Source: Bdellovibrionales bacterium (GTDB taxonomy: Bacteria; Bdellovibrionota; Bdellovibrionia; Bdellovibrionales; JAGQZY01). From it: a DNA stretch of 64,000 bases. Shown in pieces: positions 1 through 10,221 of this stretch (position 1 is its first letter; the number at the start of each line of letters is the position of its first letter). Where the stretch lies: contig CAXRHT010000002.1 in NCBI GenBank assembly GCA_964230645.1, positions 1,184,001 to 1,248,000 on the forward strand, read 5' to 3'. The position numbers were made by a program, and so were the translations under genes. Below the pieces are notes generated by a model. It saw only the letters and a list, made by a program, of their open reading frames with translations, made no database searches and was not told the origin of the DNA.

Positions 1-267
1 GTGCCTTTTTTCCGCTATCCAAAGTGGATGGAAATTTCTATGTTCTACTACCCTCTTTTGATTGGTGATGAAGAGCTTGGATTTTCCTTTTCTTGGCAGG
101 CGCGAGGAAAACTGTTTTTTGCTAAACAGTGGTATTTGGATGCCTCTTTCAATGTGAATAGCATCTCGTTTAAGAAATCAAAAATTTCGGGAGTGAGCCA
201 AGGGGCTGACTCTTTTGGAATTGCCACAGCCCATGGAACCATTGGGATCGGGTATCTTTTCAACTAA
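1..267 (+). CDS. Partial (5'-truncated) probable outer-membrane beta-barrel protein, C-terminus
   Basis: Open from the window edge; alternating amphipathic strands ending GTIGIGYLFN, resembling a beta-barrel C-terminal signal. Confidence 0.5.
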   Translation: MPFFRYPKWMEISMFYYPLLIGDEELGFSFSWQARGKLFFAKQWYLDASFNVNSISFKKSKISGVSQGADSFGIATAHGTIGIGYLFN

Positions 268-301
268 AGCCTTGATTGGTTTTCAAGGCTCTCTTTCAGT
301 T

Positions 302-1399
302 TTAATACAAACTTTTAACAGACTTAATCACATGCTCAACGTGCTCGTCTGGCATATCAGCATACAGAGGAAGGCTGATCACCTTCTCACACACACTCTC
401 TGTGACTTTTAAAGGCTCACTTGGTTTATACTCTTTAAGGGCTGGCTGCTCGTGCATTCCTTTAGGATAATGGATGGAGGTGGGCACTCCTTTTTCCATT
501 AACTTCTTTTGAAATTCTGAGCGATTCTCCACTTGCAAGGTGTACTGAGCAAAGACAGAGTCTCTTCCTTCTCGCACCACAGGGGCTTTTAGAGCTGAGA
601 TCTGAGAGAACTCATCGGTATATTGTTTGGCGATTCTTTGGCGCTGCTCGATCTCCCAGGGGTAGCGTTCAAGCTTTTCAATCAGTATGGCGCACTGGAC
701 GGTGTCTAGGCGTCCGTTGTAACCAAGTCTTGTGTGGTGATACCGAGACTCTTGCCCATGAGTTCTAATTTGAACGAGTTTTTCGTAAACGTCTTTATCT
801 TGGCAGAAGACGGCCCCTCCATCTCCATAACACCCAAGAGGTTTTGCCGGGAAGAAGCTTGTGCAGCCAATGGCACTTAGGTCACAGCTTTTCTTATCGC
901 CATAACGTGCACCGAAACTTTGCGCCGCATCTTCCATCACTGGGATATTGTGTTTTTCAGCCATCTGGTTGATCTCGTACATATCGGGAACTTGTCCGTA
1001 AAGAGAGACCGGAACGATGCCTTTTGTTTTTGAGGTGATGGCTTTTTCAAGAAGCTTTGGATTCATATTAAAGGAGTCTTCTTCGATATCGACAAAAATA
1101 GGCTTGGCACCGATTAAGGCCACCACTTCGGCTGTGGCAAAAAAGGAAAAAGCAGGAACAATGATCTCATCCCCAGGCTTGATATCGTAGGCCAACATCG
1201 CCATTAGAAGAGCATCCGTTCCACTGGCTGCTGACACGCAGTAGGGAGCGCCTACAAATTCAGCTAATTTCTTTTCACACTCCTCAACCTCTGGGCCCAA
1301 TACATACTGCCCACTGGCCATAACTTTTTGAACGCGGGGCTCGATTTTTGAAGATAGGGCTTCGTACTGCTTTTTTAAATCAAGATAAGGAATTTCCAT
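302..1399 (-). CDS. DegT/DnrJ/EryC1/StrS family PLP-dependent sugar aminotransferase (WbpE-like)
   Basis: Motifs SGTDAL, EDAAQSFGA, SFFPAKPLGCYGDGG (PLP lysine), GYNGRLD. Confidence 0.93.
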   Translation of the reverse strand: MEIPYLDLKKQYEALSSKIEPRVQKVMASGQYVLGPEVEECEKKLAEFVGAPYCVSAASGTDALLMAMLAYDIKPGDEIIVPAFSFFATAEVVALIGAKPIFVDIEEDSFNMNPKLLEKAITSKTKGIVPVSLYGQVPDMYEINQMAEKHNIPVMEDAAQSFGARYGDKKSCDLSAIGCTSFFPAKPLGCYGDGGAVFCQDKDVYEKLVQIRTHGQESRYHHTRLGYNGRLDTVQCAILIEKLERYPWEIEQRQRIAKQYTDEFSQISALKAPVVREGRDSVFAQYTLQVENRSEFQKKLMEKGVPTSIHYPKGMHEQPALKEYKPSEPLKVTESVCEKVISLPLYADMPDEHVEHVIKSVKSLY

Positions 1400-1562
1400 G
1401 GAACTCTCTCCTATTTTGTCTGTTTTATCACGCTGTCTAAGAGGGGGCCAATTAAGTTTTTACTCATAGCGATGTGTCTTAAAGCACACAGCTTTTTTCG
1501 TTGCAGGCAGGCTAGCCAAGGGATTTAAGCCCCCTTAGAATTCCCCCTAGTGAGGAAATATT

Positions 1563-2087
1563 ATGGCCTATTTACTGAAACAGATTTTTCAACTGATCAA
1601 ATTACTCAATTCTGAGAAGGGAACAAATCAAATCGCCCTGGGAATTGCCCTTGGCTTCGTTCTGGGAATGACTCCGGTCTTCTCGCTGCAAACGGTGCTT
1701 GTTTTTCTTTTTTTACTCTTTTTTAGAATTCAGTTGGGAGCGGCCTTCGTGGCAGCCTTCTTTTTTAAGTTTATGGCCTTTCTTCTCGATCCCGTTTTTC
1801 ACTCTGTCGGTCATGCTGTTCTTAGTATTGATGGACTGCAAGGAATTTACACTCAGCTCTATAATATGCCTGTCGTACCATGGACGCGCTTTTATAATAC
1901 GATCGTCATGGGCTCAGGCGTTCTCTCTTTAGCTCTAACTCCGGTGATCTTTTTTGCCAGTCTCTGGTTTGTAAAAAAGTACCGCAAAAATGTTTACGAA
2001 CGCCTGAAAGAGACCAAGTTTTTTAAAGCGGTCAAGGCCACTGGCTTTTACAAATGGTACATCAAATACGACGAATTCTACGGATAA
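1563..2087 (+). CDS. TIGR03546/DUF2062-like inner-membrane protein
   Basis: LLNSE..QIALGIALGFVLGMTP, LDP.FHSVG, LYNMPVVPWTRFYNTIVMGS pattern; adjacent to a TIGR03545-like gene. Confidence 0.8.
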   Translation: MAYLLKQIFQLIKLLNSEKGTNQIALGIALGFVLGMTPVFSLQTVLVFLFLLFFRIQLGAAFVAAFFFKFMAFLLDPVFHSVGHAVLSIDGLQGIYTQLYNMPVVPWTRFYNTIVMGSGVLSLALTPVIFFASLWFVKKYRKNVYERLKETKFFKAVKATGFYKWYIKYDEFYG

Positions 2088-2114
2088 CTTCAAGATTGAA
2101 CGGAAAGAAATTTT

Positions 2115-4058
2115 ATGGCTAACAACGAAGAAACCCAAGAAAAGAAAAGAAAGAAGAATAAAAAGAAAGGTCCTATTCGTACAGAGGCTTTGATCCCTCT
2201 TGTGATAGTTCTAGTTTTATTCACTCTTTATTTTAAATACTTTTTTGACTCCCACTTGCGAAGTGTACTTGAATACGGTGCCACTTATGCCCATGGGGCG
2301 GAAGTGAATGTGGGCTCATTGAGTACAGACTTTCTTGAACCCTCTATTTCCATCCAAAATATTCAAGTCACTGATAAATCAGACCCAGCCTACAATATTG
2401 TTCGGCTTGGCTCGATTCGCTTGCAACTTTTGTGGGATGGACTCTTAAGAGGAAAATTTGTAATTCCTGAGTCTTCCATTTTAAAAATCCAGACACACTC
2501 CAAAAGGGACCGCCCCGGGAGAGTTCTTCCCGTTAAAACTCCTGAGGGCAGTAAATCCGAGGTTCGTAAAGCTGCTGAGAAAACAATCGGCCAGCTTGAA
2601 GAAAAACACGATAAAAATCTTTTAGGGGACGTTTTCGCTGTTGCTGGTGGTACAAACTACAAGGACCAGCTCAAAAACATGGAAAATGAAATCCAGAGTC
2701 AGAAAAAAATAAAGATTTTGGAAAAAGAGCTTCAGGCTAAAGAAAAGGAGTGGAAAAAGCGCATTGATGATCTTCCCGATGAGAGTGAGATCAAACAATT
2801 GGTCAAAAAAATCGAAGGTCTGAAAATTGACACGAGCAATCCAAAAAAATTGCAGGCTTCTTTAAAGCGAGTGGACCAAGTTTATAAGGAAGCTCGTACA
2901 AAATACAAAGACATCAAGGCCGCTGAAAAAGCTTTTAAAGCGGATCTTAACAAATACGAGAATGAATATAAGGGTCTCGAAAAAGCCATCCAAGAGGATA
3001 TCAATGACATTTCTCAAAAGTTAAATATCCCCTCTCTTGATCCTAAAGAGATTAACAAAATGCTCTTAGGAAATTTTGTGGCAGCTCAACTTGGAAACCT
3101 TATGCGCTACAAAGAGGCCGCTAGGGACTATATGCCGACGAAATCGGCTGAGGAAAGAAGAGCCGAAAAAGAAGCGGCCCAACTCACCCCTGTGGAAAGA
3201 GCGGAAGGCGTTGACTTTCAATTTCCTAAAACAAAAAGCTATCCTAAATTTTGGCTTCAATTAGCAAAGCTTTCCTCCGACTCTAAAAAAGGAGACGCGG
3301 GAGACTTTTCTGGAACCCTTAAAAACGTGACCGATAACCCAAGGCACCTTGGAAAACCGATGACCCTTGATTTTAAGGGGGGCTTTCCCCACGAAGACAT
3401 TCTCGATGTCACAGGTAATATCACTGTAGACCACACTACTGCTAAGCCTATCGAAAAGGGTGAGATCTCTGTGGGCTCTTTTCCGGTGAATAAGAATATG
3501 CTTTCAAAATCGAAAGACCTAAAGTTTGGCTACAACAGCGGGGTTGGAACCTCCAAGATTTCTTTTCTTATGGAAGAAGAAAATTTAACTCTGGCTTCAA
3601 ACTCTGTTTTTAGAAAGCTAGACTATTTTGCAAACGCAACAGACCCCAATGTCGAGAGAATGATCAAAGGAGTGATTGCAGGACTCAACGACCTGGATCT
3701 TAATATCCGAGCAAAAGGCAATTGGAGTAACCTTAGCTTAAACATTAATTCAAATCTTGGCTCAAAGCTTGTTAACGCAATCAAGTCCCAGGTGAATAAA
3801 GAAATTCAACGAGCAAGACAGCAGGTTGAAGAACATATTCGCGGCGAGGTTAATAAGGAAAAGGCTAAACTTAATGCAGAAATCAATAAACTCGAGAAAA
3901 GGTTTGGCGTCTCCCTAAAGGATAAAGAGTCAGCCATATCGTCCATCGAGAAAGCCGTCGAGAAAAAGAAAAAAGAAGCCACCGAAAAGGAAAAGAAAAA
4001 AGCGGAAAAGAAACTTAAGAAAGAAGCCGAAAAACTCTTAAAAGGCATTAAGTTTTAA
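2115..4058 (+). CDS. TIGR03545-like protein (N-terminal TM anchor, AsmA-like beta region, coiled coils)
   Basis: Single TM then GAEVNVG beta-rich segment, Lys/Glu coiled coil, P.FWL motif and C-terminal 'INSNLG' followed by a coiled tail; paired with TIGR03546. Confidence 0.75.
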   Translation: MANNEETQEKKRKKNKKKGPIRTEALIPLVIVLVLFTLYFKYFFDSHLRSVLEYGATYAHGAEVNVGSLSTDFLEPSISIQNIQVTDKSDPAYNIVRLGSIRLQLLWDGLLRGKFVIPESSILKIQTHSKRDRPGRVLPVKTPEGSKSEVRKAAEKTIGQLEEKHDKNLLGDVFAVAGGTNYKDQLKNMENEIQSQKKIKILEKELQAKEKEWKKRIDDLPDESEIKQLVKKIEGLKIDTSNPKKLQASLKRVDQVYKEARTKYKDIKAAEKAFKADLNKYENEYKGLEKAIQEDINDISQKLNIPSLDPKEINKMLLGNFVAAQLGNLMRYKEAARDYMPTKSAEERRAEKEAAQLTPVERAEGVDFQFPKTKSYPKFWLQLAKLSSDSKKGDAGDFSGTLKNVTDNPRHLGKPMTLDFKGGFPHEDILDVTGNITVDHTTAKPIEKGEISVGSFPVNKNMLSKSKDLKFGYNSGVGTSKISFLMEEENLTLASNSVFRKLDYFANATDPNVERMIKGVIAGLNDLDLNIRAKGNWSNLSLNINSNLGSKLVNAIKSQVNKEIQRARQQVEEHIRGEVNKEKAKLNAEINKLEKRFGVSLKDKESAISSIEKAVEKKKKEATEKEKKKAEKKLKKEAEKLLKGIKF

Positions 4059-4074
4059 TTAAAACTAGTTTCAC

Positions 4075-5721
4075 CTACTGGATGGATTTAAGCCTGACTC
4101 CTGAAAATCGAAGGTAGGTCTTCCCATGCCAATGGATACGGAATTCGACGCCTCTTGAATTTGGGGGAAGTTTAAAAGACAGCGAGAATTCCTTTAAACC
4201 AAAAGCCTTATCAAAATCCGAACGAAAAAGGGCCCTTTGCCCGATGATTTCCTTCCCCTGATTTCTTGTCACCTCAATGGTCGCAATAGCATCTTCGCGG
4301 TTGCGGTCTACGACATCAACTAATAATGAGAATTGAGCTCTGTAGGTTCCCTTAGGCAAATCACTCACATAAGGGCCGTATATAAATATTCCGGGACTGA
4401 CTCCCATTTGGGTGTGAACCGCTACACCTGTAGGGGCGTTATGGGAACTATCTGTGTATCCAAAGTTTTTATTAAAATTAGAACTATCGTAAAAACGATG
4501 AATTTCTTTTGGTTCAACGTCCTCTTTAATAGGATTATTAGTGGATGCTTCATCGTCACTATTTTGAGAGGTCTCTTCAGCTGTATTTTTATCGTTAGGT
4601 GCTTGTTGCTCAGTTTCGACAGGGTATTCGGGGGAGGGCTCTTTATAAATTACATCTCCCACAGCCATTTCTGAGTGAAGTGGATAGTAGGCTCTATTTA
4701 GTTTTCTATGGTGCGTGCTATCCCGACAATCGACCATGACCCACATCTGATCTCCCCAGACGGCCTCTCGCTCACCCTCATCACAGCGCCCATCAAGAAT
4801 ATGCCGTCCAGAGGAAGGCTCACAAAATCGATCCTTGTTTTGAGCGTGTTCTTCAACACAACGAGACTTTGGTAACCAGGCCTCCCAACGGGTAAATCCA
4901 TACTCTTTAGTAAAAAGGAATCTTTCGAGAGCATTATTGCTCCGACTAAGATCCTCGTGGGCAAAGTGAAAGCTATCTAGTACCTCCATTGATTTGCCTG
5001 ATTGAAACTGAACGTTTTGTCTATAATCCCATAAAGTTCTTACTGAGTCTGAATGACTCCATTTATCACAGGTTGCTCGAGCCTCTAATCTTTCAATTGA
5101 AACCTCACTTGTAAGCTCCCCTCTTTTATTTTCTAAAATTTCGTTATCGAATAGGACCCAAGCATCCTCTTGACTTCCATCGTTTCCGTAAAAACGCTGG
5201 TCAAAACAGCCGCCGTCCATCGTTCTAATGAAGGAAATATAACGACCTTGAATTTCCATAAGATCGAACCCATCTCCAAGGTTAGTATTATAATTAAATG
5301 AACCTTCTAAGAAATCCCCGGGACCAAAATCTTTACTGTGAATCACTCTGATTGAATTATCAGGACCCTTCACTGGTAGACTTGAAAGAGCTTGCACCCC
5401 CACACCATTATCGATGTGGTCTACTCTTACATAGTGGAGCGACTCTCCGACCTCTAGATTTCGTTTTTTAGAGCAAAGATAAGGGTCCTCGGCTGTTACT
5501 CTGCCGTCTTTATCCAGACAGACATCTTGCACTAAGAAATCATAGAGATCTGTCTTGATCATGGAAGCACCAAACCTGTTCAACACGCTCGGACTACTAT
5601 TTTTCAAAGATGAAGAGAATTCTGAACAATTCTGGAAGAGAAATACACTCAATAAAAAAACAATAAGTGTTACTCGCTGAAATCGATTTGAATAAAAGGC
5701 ATCGTTTATCTTTCTTCCCAT
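4075..5721 (-). CDS. Hypothetical lipoprotein with a C-terminal carbohydrate-binding-like beta-sandwich domain
   Basis: Hydrophobic signal ending LFQNCS; Cys-containing core; acidic low-complexity linker; C-terminal G.FIYGPY..LP.G.Y.A.F module. Confidence 0.65.
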   Translation of the reverse strand: MGRKINDAFYSNRFQRVTLIVFLLSVFLFQNCSEFSSSLKNSSPSVLNRFGASMIKTDLYDFLVQDVCLDKDGRVTAEDPYLCSKKRNLEVGESLHYVRVDHIDNGVGVQALSSLPVKGPDNSIRVIHSKDFGPGDFLEGSFNYNTNLGDGFDLMEIQGRYISFIRTMDGGCFDQRFYGNDGSQEDAWVLFDNEILENKRGELTSEVSIERLEARATCDKWSHSDSVRTLWDYRQNVQFQSGKSMEVLDSFHFAHEDLSRSNNALERFLFTKEYGFTRWEAWLPKSRCVEEHAQNKDRFCEPSSGRHILDGRCDEGEREAVWGDQMWVMVDCRDSTHHRKLNRAYYPLHSEMAVGDVIYKEPSPEYPVETEQQAPNDKNTAEETSQNSDDEASTNNPIKEDVEPKEIHRFYDSSNFNKNFGYTDSSHNAPTGVAVHTQMGVSPGIFIYGPYVSDLPKGTYRAQFSLLVDVVDRNREDAIATIEVTRNQGKEIIGQRALFRSDFDKAFGLKEFSLSFKLPPNSRGVEFRIHWHGKTYLRFSGVRLKSIQ

Positions 5722-5965
5722 GCTTCAATAATTACATTTTACCGGGGTGTCTCAAAATTTATGTTCGAAACGACCCGATTTAATACACTCGAAGTTTTAC
5801 TAGGGCTTCTTTGTAGCTTTTAGTTTTCGACCTGAATTCAGTATTTTATAGCAGTAAGGTACTTGATTGGTACGAAAATATTTTATTCAACTGTTTAATA
5901 TTGTAACAGTCGAGAATATCGAAAAAATTAAAGTTTTTTTAAAAACGAAACGTGGATGATTTTTC

Positions 5966-6889
5966 CTAATTATAGCTAGGAGGTGCGTCTTCGAGGCGAT
6001 CTAGAACTCTTTGTCTTCTTTGAATTACCCCTTCAATAACATCAATTGAGAAGTGCTCTTTGAGGACACGAATGAGAATTTCAGGAATGGTGGCTTCTAG
6101 GTTTTGAGTGAAAGCCAAGCTTGGGGTCACTGGAGGCGGACCATCATCGTCACGATTGATCAGGCGAAGTCTCAGGGGATCTCTAAAGCCAGCGGCAAAA
6201 TCAATGCCCCAGAAAGCCTCTGAGGACTCAATATAATTGTCAGGGTGTCTATCGATATCATCGATTAGATATTCGAAAACTTCTAAATCCGAGGCCTGCT
6301 GGTCTAAGACTAATTCATTGATATTAAAACCGTCGGATTCCACAAATAGCTGAAGCCCCCCCTGCATGCCATTGATAGTTCGACTCACCGATGGAGGAAC
6401 GTTATTAAGACCTAGTAGATAAGCCAGTTTATAGGCCGCAATTTCAGCTGTAGGGTTAGACTTTTGCCCAAAATAGGTTCTCATCTCCGCATCGGCCCAA
6501 AAAGAAGGATCGGGTTTAAAAATCCCTTTGATTCCCGAGGCCAGCTCCACTTCGTAAACCACACTATCAAAATGGTCTCCTTCCATGAGGCTCATCTCTT
6601 TAACAGGATCATTAGCTAAGACATCAAGAACTAATCGTCTCGTGTTGTGACCGATTCCACCTGGGTCTTGAGTGAGAGCAAGAAAAAGCGAGCGACTCCA
6701 CATTTTTTCACCAAGAGCTTTTTTAATTTCTGGATAACGATTGCCGTTTACAGTTGTCTCGAGTCTATAGACGGCATTTTCAAAAGGAGAGTTGGTTTTT
6801 AGGATCTCTTGGCAGGTCCGTGCGTAGGAAGAGGGAGAGAGGAGAACAACAAAAGAGAACAAGAACGACAAAATATTTAGCTGAGACAT
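5966..6889 (-). CDS. Secreted atypical kinase (PI3/4-kinase/HipA-like superfamily)
   Basis: Signal peptide; GIFKPD, EIAAYKLA..LGL..VPP, DIDRHPDNY catalytic loop, IDF metal-binding motif. Confidence 0.7.
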   Translation of the reverse strand: MSQLNILSFLFSFVVLLSPSSYARTCQEILKTNSPFENAVYRLETTVNGNRYPEIKKALGEKMWSRSLFLALTQDPGGIGHNTRRLVLDVLANDPVKEMSLMEGDHFDSVVYEVELASGIKGIFKPDPSFWADAEMRTYFGQKSNPTAEIAAYKLAYLLGLNNVPPSVSRTINGMQGGLQLFVESDGFNINELVLDQQASDLEVFEYLIDDIDRHPDNYIESSEAFWGIDFAAGFRDPLRLRLINRDDDGPPPVTPSLAFTQNLEATIPEILIRVLKEHFSIDVIEGVIQRRQRVLDRLEDAPPSYN

Positions 6890-6999
6890 AAGACCCTGAA
6901 TTTTATCAAAATTTCATGATGAAGCGAGAGAACTTTGTGAGCTCTGAAAAGCCTTCATGGATGTCAAAACTTTTGCCACTAGCTCGAAGCATTGGGAAT

Positions 7000-7204
7000 A
7001 GGTCCTTCGGCTTCGCCTCAGGACGACATTAAGTTTTCTTGAACTAGCAGGATGATATTGAGTTTTTCTCAAACCTACAGAACGAGGTTGAGGGAGCCGA
7101 TCGAGGCCTCCAGGTCCTTCGGCTTCACCTCAGGACGACACTGAGTTTTCTTCAGACCAGCAGGATGACATTGAGTTTTTCTCGAACTGGCAGGACGACA
7201 TTGA
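7000..7204. repeat. REP-like palindrome array A: two full units plus ~30-bp partial tandem units
   Basis: AGGTCCTTCGGCTTC(G/A)CCTCAGGACGACA at ~7000 and ~7112, each followed by CAGGAYGACATTGAGTTTTT.. units. Confidence 0.85.
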
Positions 7205-7256
7205 AGATTGGCTAGGTTCTACTCTCTGGCCCATTGAAAATAGGCACGCATATTTG

Positions 7257-7817
7257 CTAGAGGCTTTTGAAAAATTCTATAGCGTTGGGGGTGGCCCAGT
7301 CTTGGATGCCGATGATTTTCTTTACTAGGAGGCCCTCTTTATTAAAGACAAAGCCTTCGGGAAGCCTATCGACTTCAAAGACCTTACTCATTTCTTTTTC
7401 TTTATCCATGGTGAGTATGAGGTTTTCGCGATTGCCGTTAAAAGCCTCAACGAAGCCTTCCACATCCTCTTCCTCGTAGTCATGAGAAATGGCGATTAAA
7501 ACGACTTTTTCAGGAAACTCATCAAGAAGCTTTATGAAAGAGGGGAACTCCTCGACACAAGGTTCACACCATGTCGCCCAGAAACTTAAGATCACAACTT
7601 TGCCTTTAAAGTCGTGAAGATTAAGAGTTTTACCTTCTAGGGTTTTGAAAGAAAGGTCATCGCGCTTGTAGATGCCATTGTCTTCTAAATCATCGAGAAC
7701 TTTATAGGAATCCGGTACGGCTTGGCTCTCGAAAGTATTGGCATTCCAGTAGAGCGCTCCGGCTCCAACACAGAGTGAGAGAAAAACAATTAATCCTAGT
7801 ACCTTCACGCGCACCAC
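7257..7817 (-). CDS. TlpA/ResA family thiol-disulfide oxidoreductase
   Basis: N-terminal TM; FWATWCEPCVEEFP (CxxC) thioredoxin motif. Confidence 0.92.
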   Translation of the reverse strand: MVRVKVLGLIVFLSLCVGAGALYWNANTFESQAVPDSYKVLDDLEDNGIYKRDDLSFKTLEGKTLNLHDFKGKVVILSFWATWCEPCVEEFPSFIKLLDEFPEKVVLIAISHDYEEEDVEGFVEAFNGNRENLILTMDKEKEMSKVFEVDRLPEGFVFNKEGLLVKKIIGIQDWATPNAIEFFKSL

Positions 7818-8049
7818 CTAGTATTGATGTTTTGAGAATAGCTTAAGCTTTTATTTATGTCACGACTCTGGTTTTTCTAAAAAGTGAGGGTAAAAATCTT
7901 TTTAGTTCGTGACCTTAACTTTGACCACGAGGCCTTCGAATAATCAAATCAGACCGACCGCGATGAGGGGTAATAAATCAAGCGACCAAGTGGGACTCTT
8001 CGAAGTGCTACTTAAGTTTCATCCAATGCGGATAGCTAGTCGTAAATAT

Positions 8050-8084
8050 AAAAAAAGCCCACTTTTTCGAGTGAGCTTTTTTTT
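8050..8084 (-). terminator. Intrinsic terminator ending the alpha operon (after rplQ)
   Basis: AAAAAAAGCCCAC-loop-GTGAGCTTTTTTTT hairpin flanked by A/T tracts. Confidence 0.8.
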
Positions 8085-8108
8085 GTTTTTTGCAATTTAG
8101 AGAAAAAC

Positions 8109-8663
8109 TTATTTTTTGCCGCGGTTGATTCTGCGGGATTCGTTTTGCATTTGACGAACACGCTTTTTCTTAGCTTTGGCTTTTTTCTCTCCTTGCTGCA
8201 TTTCGTATTGTTTCTTCTCTTCGAAAGTCATTTCTTTAATGACCTGCTTTTTCTTACCATCACGAGTTTTCACTTTAAAAGTTTGACCCTCAGTGGATTT
8301 GGCAGGATCATAATCAACGAATTCGATAAAAGCCATTGGAGCGCCGTCGTTTGGACGGTTACCCAATTTTAAAATACGAGTGTAACCACCGGGGCGCTCT
8401 TTAAAGCGAACCGATAGGTCAGAAACGATCTTAGAAACTGTTTTACGGTTAGGATACTTAGCCATAAGGTTTCTTGTCGCAGCGACGTCCCCTTTTCTTC
8501 CAGCCGTAATCGCTCTTTCAACATGACGTCGAAGTTCTTTGGCTTTTGGCAAAGTGGTTTTAATTCTCTCATGTTCTACAAGAGAAGATACAAGTCCACG
8601 AATTAGGGCCTTTCTGGCCTCTGGCGATCGGGAAAATCGTTTTACTTGCGCTCTATGTCTCAT
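8109..8663 (-). CDS. rplQ: 50S ribosomal protein L17 with a long basic C-terminal extension
   Basis: MRHR..., ERIKTTLPKAKELR, RPGGYTRILKLG.R..DGAPMAFIEFV. Confidence 0.97.
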   Translation of the reverse strand: MRHRAQVKRFSRSPEARKALIRGLVSSLVEHERIKTTLPKAKELRRHVERAITAGRKGDVAATRNLMAKYPNRKTVSKIVSDLSVRFKERPGGYTRILKLGNRPNDGAPMAFIEFVDYDPAKSTEGQTFKVKTRDGKKKQVIKEMTFEEKKQYEMQQGEKKAKAKKKRVRQMQNESRRINRGKK

Positions 8664-8703
8664 TTCTAAGCTCCTCTATTACTTCCGCTCTCAATTTCTA
8701 GTT

Positions 8704-9786
8704 CTACTGGTGGTCCCCAGCTGAGCCCATTCCACCAGACGTGTCTTCTTCTGTCGCTGTTTGACGAACAGGAGTGGCATTTGGGTCCCAATTGGGTGGT
8801 GGCCAACCTTCGATTTTCATTCCAAGGCCAAGGCCCATCTCGGTAAGGATCTCTTTGATTTCGTTAAGAGACTTACGACCAAAATTCTTTGTTTTAAGCA
8901 TTTCTGCCTCAGAGCGAACAACCAACTCACCAATGTGGCGAATGTTAGCGTTTTTCAAGCAGTTCGCACTACGAACAGAAAGTTCAAGATCATCAACCGA
9001 ACGGAAAAGGTTTTCGTTCAACTGAGTGTTTTGTTTTTCAGGTTTTTCTTCAACAGGAGCGACATCTTCATCAAAGTTGATGAAAACTTGCATTTGCTCT
9101 TTCATGATTTTAGCAGAAAGGGCCACTGACTCTTCAGGGCGAACGGAACCATCCGTCCACACTTCAAGGCTCAAGGCATCGTAGTCTGTTCTTTGACCCA
9201 CACGAGCGTTAGAAACGTTGTAGTTTACGCGAGTGATAGGAGAGTAAAGAGCGTCCATAGCGATGGTTCCAACTCCAAGAACGTCTTTTTCTTGCTCTTC
9301 AGCAGGAACGTAACCACGACCAAAAGTCACTTGGATTTGAGCCACGAAGTTGGCGTTGTCACCAAGAGTGGCGATGTGGTGATCTTTGTTTAGAACCTGA
9401 ATTTTATCGTTTGTTTGAATATCACCAGCAGTCACTTTTCCAGGGCCGTTTTTGCTGATGGTTAAAGTTTGTGGTTCGGCCGTGTGCTGCGTGAAACGCA
9501 CTTCTTTGAGATTGAGGATGATGTCTGTTACATCTTCAATCACGTCGGCCATGGTAGAGAACTCATGAAGAACGTTCTCGATTTTTACAGCAGAAACCGC
9601 TGAACCCATCATTGAACTCAAAAGAACTCGTCTCATGGAGTTACCAAGAGTGATCCCGTAACCTTTTTCGAGAGGACGGATAGAGAATTTTCCGTATCGG
9701 CCTGTCAAAGAGTCACGATCAATTTCGAAAGACTTTGGTTTAATGAGGTCGTGCCAAAATTTATAATAGTGTTCTTGCATTTGCAT
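8704..9786 (-). CDS. rpoA: RNA polymerase alpha subunit
   Basis: [53 protein letters not shown]; start chosen from SD spacing. Confidence 0.98.
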   Translation of the reverse strand: MQMQEHYYKFWHDLIKPKSFEIDRDSLTGRYGKFSIRPLEKGYGITLGNSMRRVLLSSMMGSAVSAVKIENVLHEFSTMADVIEDVTDIILNLKEVRFTQHTAEPQTLTISKNGPGKVTAGDIQTNDKIQVLNKDHHIATLGDNANFVAQIQVTFGRGYVPAEEQEKDVLGVGTIAMDALYSPITRVNYNVSNARVGQRTDYDALSLEVWTDGSVRPEESVALSAKIMKEQMQVFINFDEDVAPVEEKPEKQNTQLNENLFRSVDDLELSVRSANCLKNANIRHIGELVVRSEAEMLKTKNFGRKSLNEIKEILTEMGLGLGMKIEGWPPPNWDPNATPVRQTATEEDTSGGMGSAGDHQ

Positions 9787-9809
9787 CCGGGGCATCTCCT
9801 ACCAGTTAA

Positions 9810-10208
9810 TTAGATTCTACGTCTTTTAGGGGGGCGGCAACCATTGTGAGGAACCGGAGTTACATCACGCATAGAAGTTACTTTCATTCCCGCATTCGCA
9901 AGGGCACGGATGGCTGGCTCACGCCCGGCACCGGGTCCTTTGAGTAACACGTCCACTGAGCGAACACCCATTTCAGCCGCTTTTTTGGCAGCGTCTTCGG
10001 CTGTCATTTGAGCAGCAAATGGAGTCCCACGACGGCTTCCTTTGAAACCAACCGCTCCAGCACTGGACCAGCAAAGTGTGTTTCCACTTGGGTCGGCGAT
10101 GGTTACGATCGTGTTACCGAATCCAGCTTGAACTAAACATTTTCCCGCTGGAACATTCTTTTTAACTTTTTTCTTTGTAGCTTTTTTAGCAACTTTTTTC
10201 TTGGCCAT
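9810..10208 (-). CDS. rpsK: 30S ribosomal protein S11
   Basis: [32 protein letters not shown]. Confidence 0.98.
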   Translation of the reverse strand: MAKKKVAKKATKKKVKKNVPAGKCLVQAGFGNTIVTIADPSGNTLCWSSAGAVGFKGSRRGTPFAAQMTAEDAAKKAAEMGVRSVDVLLKGPGAGREPAIRALANAGMKVTSMRDVTPVPHNGCRPPKRRRI

Positions 10209-10221
10209 ATTCATTCACTCC

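Noticed and set aside
3950..4058. A-rich quasi-repeat at the end of the TIGR03545-like gene
   Set aside because: Explained by the Lys/Glu-rich coiled-coil coding sequence, not a separate DNA element
7000..7204. Repeat arrays (also 21975-22066, 46367-46480, 51117-51291) as CRISPR arrays
   Set aside because: Units are degenerate, the intervening sequences are short and similar to each other rather than unique spacers, and no cas genes are present
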